A program made the position numbers and the translations under genes. A DNA stretch of 64,000 nt, from assembly GCA_964574035.1 (NCBI GenBank), contig CAZNLD010000001.1, positions 16,220 to 80,219 on the forward strand, read 5' to 3'. Source of the DNA: Candidatus Undinarchaeota archaeon (GTDB lineage: Archaea; Undinarchaeota; Undinarchaeia; Undinarchaeales; JALTGF01). The notes below the pieces were generated by a model. The model worked only from the letters and a program-made list of their open reading frames with translations. It did no database searches and was not told the origin of the DNA. Every line of letters starts with the position of its first letter. Positions within the stretch are counted from its first letter, which is position 1. This document shows, piece after piece, positions 1-8,962 of the stretch.

Positions 1-1
1 C

Positions 2-1354
2 AGCCAGCCAAACCCACTCAAAGCATTTCATATCGGACATGTGAGAGGAACTACTTTAGGAGAAAGCCTTTCAAGAATTCTAGATTACAGCGGATATGAT
101 ACCATTAAAGCCAATTATTACAATGATATGGGAACCCATGTTGCAAGAGTTTTATGGAATTATATGGAGAATCATGAAGAGGAAAAACCAGGACATGAAG
201 TAGGGAAATGGTTTGCTAAGCTTTATACTGAAGCCTCCAAAAAAGTAGAGGAAGACCCTGAAGCCAAAGAGAAAGTGAGTGAAATTTTAAAAAAACTGGA
301 AAAAGAAGATGAAAAAATTTCTAAAATCTGGAAAACCTTAAGAGATTTGTCAATCAAAGAATTTGAAAGAATCTATAAAGAATTGGGTATTGAATTTGAT
401 GAAATTTTTTATGAAAGCGAAGTAGCTGAGAGAGGCAAAGAAATCGTTAAAGAACTTAAGAAGAAAAAGATTGCAGAGAAAAGTGAAGGAGCTATAATTG
501 TTGACCTTGAAAAATACGACCTAGGGACCCTTCTTTTAGTAAAATCAGACGGTACAATGCTTTACTCTGTAAAAGATTTGGCTCTGGCTGAAAAGAAACT
601 TAAAGAATTTGATGTTGATAAATCTATTTATGTCGTTGGAGTAGAACAGAGGCTCTATTTCCAGCAGCTTTTCAAGACTCTTGAGTTGATGGGCATAAAA
701 AAAGCAAAGAAATGCGAACATTTAGCTTATGAACTTGTAAATCTTGCTTCTGGTAAGAAAATTTCAAGCAGAGAAGGAACTGCAATTCTTTATGAAGATT
801 TGAAAAAGAAAATGATTGATAAGGCTCTTGAAGAACTTCTTGAAAGAGATCCGGAACTTGATCCGTTTATGCAGAAAGAAATAGCAAAACAGATATCCTT
901 CGGAGCTATGAAATTCAGCATGCTGAATATTGGAAATAATAAAACAATTTTCTTTGACTGGGATAAAGCCCTTGAATTTGAAGGAGAAACCGGACCTTAT
1001 ATTCAATACGCAGGCGTCAGAGCAAAGAGGATACTTGAACAGGTTGATGATACGCCCAATTTATCTAAATGTAAATTTAAAGAGATATGCGATGAAGAGC
1101 ACTTACTTCTTAAAAAAATAGCCAAATTCCCTCAGATTTTAGAAGATTCTGCTGAACATCAAAGACCTTATGAAATTGCAAATTATGTTTACGAACTTGC
1201 CGAAAAATTTAATACATTTTATAATAAGTGCAGAGTTTTAGATGCAGATGAAAAAGGTATCGGAAATATGAGGATTAGAATAGTATCCGCAACATTTAAT
1301 ACCTTGAAAACCTGCTTGTATTTACTGGGAATAGACGTTCCTGAAAGAATGTAG
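2..1354 (+). CDS. argS: Arginine--tRNA ligase, 5'-truncated by the window edge. The HIGH motif (AFHIGHVRG) is at the start of the window, followed by the anticodon-binding DALR-type C-terminal region.
   Basis: HIGH motif in-frame upstream of the listed ORF. Characteristic ArgRS C-terminal sequence (YIQYAGVRAKRIL). The ORF runs off the 5' edge. Confidence 0.85.
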   Translation, partial: SQPNPLKAFHIGHVRGTTLGESLSRILDYSGYDTIKANYYNDMGTHVARVLWNYMENHEEEKPGHEVGKWFAKLYTEASKKVEEDPEAKEKVSEILKKLEKEDEKISKIWKTLRDLSIKEFERIYKELGIEFDEIFYESEVAERGKEIVKELKKKKIAEKSEGAIIVDLEKYDLGTLLLVKSDGTMLYSVKDLALAEKKLKEFDVDKSIYVVGVEQRLYFQQLFKTLELMGIKKAKKCEHLAYELVNLASGKKISSREGTAILYEDLKKKMIDKALEELLERDPELDPFMQKEIAKQISFGAMKFSMLNIGNNKTIFFDWDKALEFEGETGPYIQYAGVRAKRILEQVDDTPNLSKCKFKEICDEEHLLLKKIAKFPQILEDSAEHQRPYEIANYVYELAEKFNTFYNKCRVLDADEKGIGNMRIRIVSATFNTLKTCLYLLGIDVPERM

Positions 1355-1447
1355 GCACCGGTAGCCTAGTCTGGATAAGGCATCGGCCTCCTAACGATGT
1401 TAAAGGGAGAGAGCCGGGAATCGCGCGTTCGAATCGCGCCCGGTGCA
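1355..1447 (+). tRNA. tRNA-Arg (anticodon CCU) with an intron of about 18 nt at the canonical 37/38 position. No encoded CCA.
   Basis: Hand-folded cloverleaf. Acceptor GCACCGG/CCGGTGC, D-stem GCCT/AGGC, anticodon stem TCGGC/GCCGG, loop CTCCTAA interrupted by about 18 nt, T-arm GCGCG-TTCGAAT-CGCGC, discriminator A. Starts 1 nt after the argS stop codon. Confidence 0.6.
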
Positions 1448-1472
1448 CTCAAACTATTAAAATACGGAGTTG

Positions 1473-1544
1473 GCCCTCGTAGTCTAGTGGATAGGATGCA
1501 AGCTTGCGGAGCTTGAGACCCGGATTCAAATTCCGGCGGGGGCA
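1473..1544 (+). tRNA. tRNA-Arg (anticodon GCG), no intron.
   Basis: Acceptor GCCCTCG/CGGGGGC with one G-U pair. Anticodon stem CAAGC/GCTTG. Loop TTGCGGA. T-arm CCGGA-TTCAAAT-TCCGG. Discriminator A. Confidence 0.6.
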
Positions 1545-1631
1545 TTTTTATATTTAATTAATTCTTTTCCATATAGACAATAATTAGTCAAAATCCTTAA
1601 ATAGTTAAAAAAGAGTTTAATTCTTGATAAA

Positions 1632-1808
1632 ATGCACAAACTACTGAAAAAATTAGGTATAAGCGAAACTATTGCAGCAGTATTAATGGTGGTACTTGGG
1701 ATTATAATAGTACTGTTTGAAATAAATGATGTAACTCTGCTTTCATACCTAATCGCACTATACTTAATAGTTGTAGGTCTACTGAAACTGCTTCCGGAAA
1801 AAGATTAA
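1632..1808 (+). CDS. Small (58 aa) two-TM membrane protein, DUF378-like. It is below the ORF-track length cutoff.
   Basis: ATG at 1632 through TAA at 1806. Translation is MHKLLKKLGISETIAAVLMVVLGIIIVLFEINDVTLLSYLIALYLIVVGLLKLLPEKD, two hydrophobic helices. Confidence 0.35.
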   Translation: MHKLLKKLGISETIAAVLMVVLGIIIVLFEINDVTLLSYLIALYLIVVGLLKLLPEKD

Positions 1809-1815
1809 GCAGAAA

Positions 1816-3297
1816 TCACTCTGGTTTCTTTTCTGTCTTTTTCTTGTATTCTTTATGCCAGAAATATTCTTTTATATCTCTTCTTTTAAGATAAACTACG
1901 ATTAATAAAACAGCCGTTATCAGTATAATTATGCTTAGAGTACCGTCCATTTTAAATTCAAATGGTTGTTTTCTTTCAAGGAGCGTTATTTCTTTTTTAT
2001 CTGAACTAGAAAGTTTTTCCTCATCTACAATTACTGAAGCATATAAATCATGGCTTCCTACTTCCCCAGATGCTTCCCATTCGGTTTCAATAGTTTTCTT
2101 GCTTCCTCTTTCAACTGAAAATGCGCTTTCCTTTACTTTGTCATTATCCAAATAAAGTTCAATCTCTCCGGACAAATCAACATTCCCGGTATTATCTAAT
2201 ACATAAGTAAGATTGAGTGACTCGCCCTGATAAACAGCGGTTTTGTTCAAGCTTAATGAAGCACTTATTTTCCTGATTACACCGACTTCCAAAGTATGCT
2301 CATCTCTTCCGACATTTTCAAAAGAATCATTTGTTACTATTTCAAGAGGATACTTGCCGGGCGGAGCTCTTTCCGGAAGTTTAACTGTAAAGGCAAACTT
2401 TCCATTTGAATCTGATTTTTCAGAATATTTAACTGCACTTTCTTCATTAGGTACAGTTAGAAAAGCGTAAACTTGTAATCCCTGAACCGAATCTCCTCTT
2501 ATATCTTCAACAGTTCCAGTTACAATAACAGAATCGCCTGGTTCAAGTTCATATTTCTGAGGAGAACTTTCAAGTGCAAGTGCGCTACTTAAAATAAGAT
2601 TAGTTATTGAAAATGAATCGCTATTTCCATCTGTATCATTTAGTTCAACTAAAACAGTATAATTTCCTGGAACAGCAGATGAGTTAAACTGATAAGAATA
2701 CTGAAGATAGCCATTAACTACAGCAGATTCTGCTGAGAAAACAAGACCGTATGTTTCTTCTTCTACGTAAATATCTGCAATTCCGTCAACCGGCTGTTTT
2801 CCTGCATCTAGAATAGTTCCTCCCAAAACTAATTCGTGGCCGAAATTAAACATATCCGAATTGACTCCTGCAACTATGGACAATTTATCTGTTATATTGA
2901 AAGACTTAGATGAAAATTCAGTTAAAGTTCGGGTATTCTTTTTGACTTCTATATTAATCTTCCATTCTGAACCTTTCTTAATATTAGAAGGTACCTTCCA
3001 GCTTAAAGTTCCTTTATTTATTTGAGAGAAAGTTGCAGGAACGCCTTTTGTAAAAGTATAATATTTTTCAGCAATTTTAATTGATTCGTCCAGATTTTCA
3101 TTTTCTGCAGAAAAAATGACTTTTGCAGCTTTTGCATCCTCCTCTAAAGTGATATAACCGTTTAGGTGGATAGTGTCGCCTAAATTGTAGGAGTCGCCTG
3201 CAGACGGATTTATTACTTCATCTGCAAAAACAGCAGGAGCCAATAAAAAAGTAAACAAAAATATGCTTATTAGGATTAAACTAAGTTTGTTTTTCAT
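1816..3297 (-). CDS. Secreted cell-surface protein with an N-terminal signal peptide and a C-terminal TM anchor followed by a basic tail. Repeated beta-rich domains (CARDB-like).
   Basis: Signal peptide MKNKLSLILISIFLFTFLLAPAVFA. C-terminal LSIIILITAVLLIVVYLKRRD. Confidence 0.5.
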   Translation of the reverse strand: MKNKLSLILISIFLFTFLLAPAVFADEVINPSAGDSYNLGDTIHLNGYITLEEDAKAAKVIFSAENENLDESIKIAEKYYTFTKGVPATFSQINKGTLSWKVPSNIKKGSEWKINIEVKKNTRTLTEFSSKSFNITDKLSIVAGVNSDMFNFGHELVLGGTILDAGKQPVDGIADIYVEEETYGLVFSAESAVVNGYLQYSYQFNSSAVPGNYTVLVELNDTDGNSDSFSITNLILSSALALESSPQKYELEPGDSVIVTGTVEDIRGDSVQGLQVYAFLTVPNEESAVKYSEKSDSNGKFAFTVKLPERAPPGKYPLEIVTNDSFENVGRDEHTLEVGVIRKISASLSLNKTAVYQGESLNLTYVLDNTGNVDLSGEIELYLDNDKVKESAFSVERGSKKTIETEWEASGEVGSHDLYASVIVDEEKLSSSDKKEITLLERKQPFEFKMDGTLSIIILITAVLLIVVYLKRRDIKEYFWHKEYKKKTEKKPE

Positions 3298-3343
3298 TCT
3301 CCCACGCTATCGTATAAATAAATTTAATTTAAATACTTTCAGG

Positions 3344-5308
3344 TTAAGAGTTATTTTTCTTTTTGACCTTTTCTTTTATTTCTTCAACAATTTCAGGATT
3401 TTTTAAAGTAGATAAATCGCCTATTTCTTTTCCCTGTTCAAGTGATTTTAGAACTCGTCTCATTATTTTCCCGCTTCTTGTTTTTGGGAGGTCAGGAACG
3501 AACATAATTTCAGAAGGCTTTGCAATGGGTCCAATTTGATCTCCTACATGCGCCCTTAATTTTTCTTTTAACTCACCTGATTCTTTTTGACTTTCTCTTA
3601 AAATGACAAATGCTTTTATTTCTTCCCCTTTTACATCATGTGGAACTCCGACAACCGCTGCTTCTGCAACTGCAGGATGGCTTACGAGCCCGCTTTCCAC
3701 TTCAGCAGAGCCGATTCGGTGTCCTGCAACATTTAATACATCATCGGACCTTCCCTGTATCCAGAAATATCCGTCTTCATCCTTTCTAGCGACATCTCCT
3801 GCAAGATATGCATCATCATATTCTTTCCAGTAAGTTTCTTTGTATCTTTCAGGATTCCTGTAAAGTGTTTTAAGCATTGCCGGCCAGGGTGTATTTATTA
3901 CAAGATGTCCTCCTTTATCAGTAATTGGTCCTCCTTCTTCATCATAAACATCTGCTTTAATTCCCGGGAAAGGATAAGTTGCAGAGCCCGGTTTTAAAGG
4001 AAGAACTGGAACAGGCGTTATCATAAACATTCCAGTTTCGGTCTGCCACCAGGTATCCATTATAGGACATTTTTCATTGCCGATATATTTGTAATACCAT
4101 ATCCATGCTTCCGGATTTATCGGCTCTCCGACAGAACCAAGCAGCCTTAATGTTTTGAGACTGCAGTTCTTTAGAACATCTTTTCCGTATTTCATATAAA
4201 GTCTGACTAAGGTAGGGGCGCAGTAAAATACAGTTACTTTGTATTTGTCAACAAGCTTCCAGACGTGATCTTTTTCAGGATAATTTGGAGCCCCTTCATA
4301 CATTACAGAAGTAACTCCGTGCATCAAAGGAGCATAAACAATGTAGCTGTGTCCGGTTATCCAGCCGATGTCGGCGGCGCACCACCAAATGTCGTCAGGT
4401 TTTAAATCAAATACAAATTTGAGAGTTGCATAAGTTCCTACAGAATATCCCCCGTGGTCGTGAATCACTCCTTTTGGCTTTCCTGTTGTCCCTGAAGTGT
4501 AAAGTATGAAAAGAGGATCATTTGAATCCATGATTTCTGTTTCGCACTCTTCAGACTGGCCCTTGGTTATATCATGCCACCAAACTTCTTTTTCTTTCTT
4601 TAAATTGACTTTATTCTTAATTCTTTGAACAACAATTGTTTTTTCAAGGGTTTTACAATTTGAAGTAATTTTGTCTGCTTTTTCTTTTAGAGGAACTACA
4701 TTTCCTCTTCTGTAAAAGCCGTCGACCGTGATCAAGACTTTTGCCCTTGCATCTTTAATTCTAGTTTCAAGAGCTTTTGAAGAATAACCTGAAAATACAA
4801 CTGAATGAATTGCACCAATTTTTGCGCAGGCGAGCATTGAAATTGGAAGCTCAGGAATCATTGGAAGGTAAACAGCAACCCTGTCTCCTTTTTCTACACC
4901 AAGTTCTTTAAGAGAGTTTGCGAATTTGTTTACCTTTTTATATAATTCAAGATAGGTAAATTTTCGTTCTTCTCCGTCCTCTCCTTCCCAATAGTAAGCA
5001 AGTTTATTTTTATTTTCTCCAAGAGCATGTTTGTCAAGACAATTCTGAACTATATTTGTTTTAGCTCCTTTAAACCATTTTGAAAACGGACGGTTCCATT
5101 CTAAAACGTTGTCCCATTTCTTTTCCCAGTCAAGTTCTTCAGCCAGCTCCCCCCAGAACCATTCCGGATCTTTTTTTGCTTTCTCCAAAAGTTCATCATA
5201 AGAGGAAACATCTCGGGCTTCCATCCACTTTTTAATATTTGAATTTTTTACAATTTCTTTACTGGGTTTAAAAATTCTTTTTTCATTTAAAAGAGATTCA
5301 ATTTTCAT
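3344..5308 (-). CDS. acs: Acetyl-CoA synthetase (AMP-forming acetate--CoA ligase).
   Basis: 654 aa. AMP-binding motif [19 protein letters not shown] and C-terminal ACS-type region. Confidence 0.85.
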   Translation of the reverse strand: MKIESLLNEKRIFKPSKEIVKNSNIKKWMEARDVSSYDELLEKAKKDPEWFWGELAEELDWEKKWDNVLEWNRPFSKWFKGAKTNIVQNCLDKHALGENKNKLAYYWEGEDGEERKFTYLELYKKVNKFANSLKELGVEKGDRVAVYLPMIPELPISMLACAKIGAIHSVVFSGYSSKALETRIKDARAKVLITVDGFYRRGNVVPLKEKADKITSNCKTLEKTIVVQRIKNKVNLKKEKEVWWHDITKGQSEECETEIMDSNDPLFILYTSGTTGKPKGVIHDHGGYSVGTYATLKFVFDLKPDDIWWCAADIGWITGHSYIVYAPLMHGVTSVMYEGAPNYPEKDHVWKLVDKYKVTVFYCAPTLVRLYMKYGKDVLKNCSLKTLRLLGSVGEPINPEAWIWYYKYIGNEKCPIMDTWWQTETGMFMITPVPVLPLKPGSATYPFPGIKADVYDEEGGPITDKGGHLVINTPWPAMLKTLYRNPERYKETYWKEYDDAYLAGDVARKDEDGYFWIQGRSDDVLNVAGHRIGSAEVESGLVSHPAVAEAAVVGVPHDVKGEEIKAFVILRESQKESGELKEKLRAHVGDQIGPIAKPSEIMFVPDLPKTRSGKIMRRVLKSLEQGKEIGDLSTLKNPEIVEEIKEKVKKKNNS

Positions 5309-5342
5309 AAAAAAAACATATGTGTTAATCCTTTAAATAAAT

Positions 5343-6248
5343 TTAGTTCCTGAAGAGTTCGGTTCCTGCTTTTCCTTCTAATGCATCTTTAATTTTATCA
5401 ATGGAGGTTATAATTGCTTTTTCCCCGCCAGATTCTAGAAAATTAATTACTGCTTGAATTTTAGGACCCATGCTTCCTTCTGGAAAATGCCCTTCTTTCA
5501 AGTACTTTTTTGCTTCTGAAATTGAAAGTTTATCTAAATCCTTTTGGTTTTCTTTACCATAGTTCAATGAAACCTTTTCAATGTCTGTTACAATTAATAG
5601 GATGTCTGCATTAATCTGTTCTCCCAGCTTTGCACTTGCAAGGTCTTTATCTATTACTGCTTCAATTCCTTCAAAAGAGGAATTTTCTTTAATTGCTGGA
5701 ATTCCGCCTCCTCCGCAGGTAACTACAATAAATCCTGTGTCCAGTAGTTTTTTAACTTTATACGCACCAACTACTTTTATTGGTTTTGGCGAAGGAACGA
5801 CCTTTCTCCACCCTTTTGCAGTTTTTACAAAACCAGGCGCTGACTGTTCATAAAGGGGTCCAACTGGTTTTGTAGGCTTTTCAAGAGCAGGGTCCTTTTT
5901 ATCAACCTGAACATATGTTACAAGAGTAGACAGCAATGGTTTCATTTCTCCTATTTTCATAAACTCATTATCAAGTGTTTTCTCTATCATATATCCAATC
6001 TGCCCCTGGGTCATTGCAACAAGAATTTCAAGAGGCATATTTGGAACTTCTTTACAGGCTCCCTGCTGGAGCAAAAGATTTCCAACCTGCGGGCCGTTTC
6101 CGTGCGTTATTACTATCTTATAGTTCTCTGCAAGGCGAACTACTTGACTTATAGGTCTTTCTAGGTTCCTCATCTGCTCATAAGCAGTTCCTTTTTGCCC
6201 TTCTTTAATGAGTGCATTTCCTCCGAAAGCAATAACTAGTGTTTTCAT
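5343..6248 (-). CDS. arcC: Carbamate kinase.
   Basis: 301 aa. N-terminal MKTLVIAFGGNAL amino-acid-kinase fold. Carbamate-kinase-like throughout. Confidence 0.8.
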   Translation of the reverse strand: MKTLVIAFGGNALIKEGQKGTAYEQMRNLERPISQVVRLAENYKIVITHGNGPQVGNLLLQQGACKEVPNMPLEILVAMTQGQIGYMIEKTLDNEFMKIGEMKPLLSTLVTYVQVDKKDPALEKPTKPVGPLYEQSAPGFVKTAKGWRKVVPSPKPIKVVGAYKVKKLLDTGFIVVTCGGGGIPAIKENSSFEGIEAVIDKDLASAKLGEQINADILLIVTDIEKVSLNYGKENQKDLDKLSISEAKKYLKEGHFPEGSMGPKIQAVINFLESGGEKAIITSIDKIKDALEGKAGTELFRN

Positions 6249-6272
6249 AATGCCCTCGCTTAGCTTTTTTAA

Positions 6273-6953
6273 TTAATAAGAATTTCGGTTATCTGCGTTT
6301 GTTCTATTTTGCAATATTTCGTATGCTGTCATTGCGTCCTTTTCTTCAAGAATTAACATCTTGTCAGTGTAGCAAGAAATTACTTCTACTAGGTTTATAT
6401 CATTTTCAGCTAAAAGGCCCGTAATATATTGAACAAAACCCGGTATGCCTTCTACTGATGAATCAGTAATAAGTGAAATTTCTACTAAGTTTTTTCTAAT
6501 TTCAAGTGCGTTATTCATGTTTATTTTGTCTATGTCATTCTGGTCAATTATTAAAACATCAACATTTGTTCCACTAAGCGTATGAATGGGTGTTGCTGAA
6601 TTTTCAGGAAGTTGGCCTTTTTTAAAAGTTATATCTGCAATTTTATTTCTAATGCTTATATGAGAATTTTTAAGTAATTTTAACAGTTCTTTTTCCCGCG
6701 AAACACTTGTTTTTTTGAGCCCCTCTGCATACCTTCTTATTGAAATTGCAATTGCATCATGGCTAACATCTCGTCCGATTCTGTCTTTAACTTCGTTTTG
6801 TATTTTTTTTGCTAATGCAGAATAGTTTACCACACCAATTTCAAGGCCGTACTTGCAATAGGGTTTTGTTTCTAAAATCTCTCGGACTATCTTAGCCAGC
6901 GATTTTCCCATAAAACTTAGTTGCATTTTTATAGTTATATATTTTTGTTTCAA
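6273..6953 (-). CDS. Hypothetical protein with a C-terminal ACT-like regulatory domain.
   Basis: 226 aa. The C-terminal segment (GIPGFVQYITGLLAENDINLVEVIS...) resembles an ACT fold. No catalytic motifs recognised. Confidence 0.3.
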   Translation of the reverse strand: MKQKYITIKMQLSFMGKSLAKIVREILETKPYCKYGLEIGVVNYSALAKKIQNEVKDRIGRDVSHDAIAISIRRYAEGLKKTSVSREKELLKLLKNSHISIRNKIADITFKKGQLPENSATPIHTLSGTNVDVLIIDQNDIDKINMNNALEIRKNLVEISLITDSSVEGIPGFVQYITGLLAENDINLVEVISCYTDKMLILEEKDAMTAYEILQNRTNADNRNSY

Positions 6954-7035
6954 TATCTTGGAAATAAAACAAAAATCAAGTAAATCTGTTCCAGTTCATG
7001 CAGAGGCTTCATATATTCAGTAATCAACAATTACT

Positions 7036-7278
7036 TTGAAAATGAAACAGTCATGTGTGATCTTAACTAAAGTAAAAACAGGCACTGAAATTAAAATTCA
7101 AAAGGAACTTTTAAAGTTGAAAGAAGTTAAAGGCGCTTATTTAGTATATGGGAATTATGACATGTTAATAGAGATGGATACGGAAAATCTAGATAATCTA
7201 AATAATTTACTTACTGGTAGAATACGAAAATTCCCCGGAGTTATCTCTTCAAAAACATTTTTAATTTCATCTGCTTAA
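7036..7278 (+). CDS. Stand-alone Lrp/AsnC-type RAM (ligand-binding) domain protein.
   Basis: 80 aa. VKGAYLVYGNYDMLIEMDTENLDNLNNLL...RKFPGVISSKT matches the C-terminal RAM domain of Lrp/AsnC regulators. There is no HTH. Confidence 0.55.
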   Translation: MKMKQSCVILTKVKTGTEIKIQKELLKLKEVKGAYLVYGNYDMLIEMDTENLDNLNNLLTGRIRKFPGVISSKTFLISSA

Positions 7279-7326
7279 TTTTTAAATAACATTTAGTTTA
7301 GTAATTCTTACTTAAAGTATATTTAT

Positions 7327-8277
7327 CTAAAACTTTCCCATTAAAAATAACATAATTGACTTCTGCGCATGCAGTCTGTTTTCTGCCTGGTCAAATATTA
7401 TTGAATCCGGATGGTCAATTGCATCTCTTGTTATTTCATAACCAATATGACAGGGCATACAGTGCATTATTTTTGCACTGCTGTTGTTTTTGTCAAGTAA
7501 ATCCTTACTTAATTGATAAGGCATGAATTTTTTCTTTCTCTGTTCAAACTCTGTTTTAAATTTAGTTATTACGTGTCCTTCCTCGTTAAAATACTCCATA
7601 TTCATCCAGGTATCAGTATAAACAAAATCTGCAGTCTCAACACAACTTGTGTCATTAGTTTCTGTATATAAACCTGTATTTTTAACCTGTTCAATTAATT
7701 CATCGTCAACAGACGTCGGGTCTTTTTCAGGAACGCAAAGAGTAAACTTTGCACCCAGTTTGGTGCAGATTTGAGATAATGAATTACTGACATTGTTCCC
7801 AATACCGAGGTAAACAACGCGTTTACCTCTTAAATCCTCTACTTTTCCTCCGCTCTTTTCAATCATAGTTAAAGCATCTCCAAATGCCTGGCATGGATGA
7901 TATTTTTCACAAAGAGCATTAATCACAGGGATTTTTGCAACCTTTTTTGCTTCTTCTAAACTTTCATGTTTTAAGGGCCGGTACATTAAAATGTCGCCGA
8001 ATTGCATGGTTGCCCTAATTTCATCAACAAAATCAGACATTTTAAACTGCGTGGTTCTCCAGTCAAGAAAAATTCCGTGCCCTCCGAGCTGAGTCATACC
8101 TGCCTCGAAAGAAAGTCTTGTCCTTGTAGAAGTTTTCTGGAAAAGCATTACAAGTGTCTTGTCCTTTAAAGCAGAAGTGTATTCTTTTTTGTTGTTCTTA
8201 ATTTCAATTGCCTTGTCTAGGGTTTTCTTTATTTCTTCCGTTGTGAAATCTGATATTTTTAATAAATGCCTTGTCAT
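7327..8277 (-). CDS. argF: Ornithine carbamoyltransferase. A catabolic role is possible given the adjacent carbamate kinase.
   Basis: 316 aa. STRTRLSFE carbamoyl-phosphate binding motif. HCMP motif near the C-terminus. Confidence 0.8.
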   Translation of the reverse strand: MTRHLLKISDFTTEEIKKTLDKAIEIKNNKKEYTSALKDKTLVMLFQKTSTRTRLSFEAGMTQLGGHGIFLDWRTTQFKMSDFVDEIRATMQFGDILMYRPLKHESLEEAKKVAKIPVINALCEKYHPCQAFGDALTMIEKSGGKVEDLRGKRVVYLGIGNNVSNSLSQICTKLGAKFTLCVPEKDPTSVDDELIEQVKNTGLYTETNDTSCVETADFVYTDTWMNMEYFNEEGHVITKFKTEFEQRKKKFMPYQLSKDLLDKNNSSAKIMHCMPCHIGYEITRDAIDHPDSIIFDQAENRLHAQKSIMLFLMGKF

Positions 8278-8433
8278 TTTTTCCTCTATTTACATCTGAT
8301 AATCCACAAGGGTATAAAAAGTTTTTTGGACCTAAGAGAACAGATGTTGGGGTTCTTTGTTCTATCTCATACAAACTGCATTAATTCTGAATTCTATAAC
8401 TATAAAAATAATCTCGTTCATAATAGGAGTAAG

Positions 8434-8946
8434 ATGAAGCAAATTGATGAAGATAAATGGGAAATAAGCAAGTCAGGAGAGTCAGAAGAGTTTCTGGCTG
8501 AAGGGATTTATCAATGCTTGGTTGTAATTTTATTCGATGTTAAGGGAGAAATTGGTGCAATTTACCACGCACCTGAAAGTGGTCTTTTCAGGGCAAAGAA
8601 AGTTAATAACCACAGGGTTGAAAATGCAATTTTTAAATTAAATACAATTCTTAATGGATTTAAGGAGATGGGGGCTGATTACAAAAATTTGAAAGCAGTT
8701 ATTAGCGGAGGGTTGGAAAAAGGAATAGATGTAACGGTCAGCAAAACCCTTGAAGACATAAAGAAGTTGTTCATGGAAAATGGAATAGAAATAGTATATG
8801 AAGATACCGGGGGTTCAGCTATTAGGAGAGATATTACCTTTAAACTTCCGGAAGGAAAAATAAAAATTTTAAAAAGAGCTGAAAAAAGGAGATTGAAAAG
8901 AGAAATTCTGATTTCAATTCCACAGGAGAAAGTACAAACCAGATAA
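8434..8946 (+). CDS. Hypothetical protein. The likely true start is the internal ATG at 8434; the longer ORF overlaps the OTC start.
   Basis: 170 aa from MKQIDEDKW. The Cys/His segment GIYQCLVVILFDVKGEIGAIYHAPESG is reminiscent of CheD-like deamidase folds. Very tentative. Confidence 0.3.
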   Translation: MKQIDEDKWEISKSGESEEFLAEGIYQCLVVILFDVKGEIGAIYHAPESGLFRAKKVNNHRVENAIFKLNTILNGFKEMGADYKNLKAVISGGLEKGIDVTVSKTLEDIKKLFMENGIEIVYEDTGGSAIRRDITFKLPEGKIKILKRAEKRRLKREILISIPQEKVQTR

Positions 8947-8962
8947 CTATTAAGGCATTCTT

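Noticed and set aside
764-1121. 80-aa minus and 63-aa plus ORFs
   Set aside because: Both are embedded in the argS coding region and are spurious.
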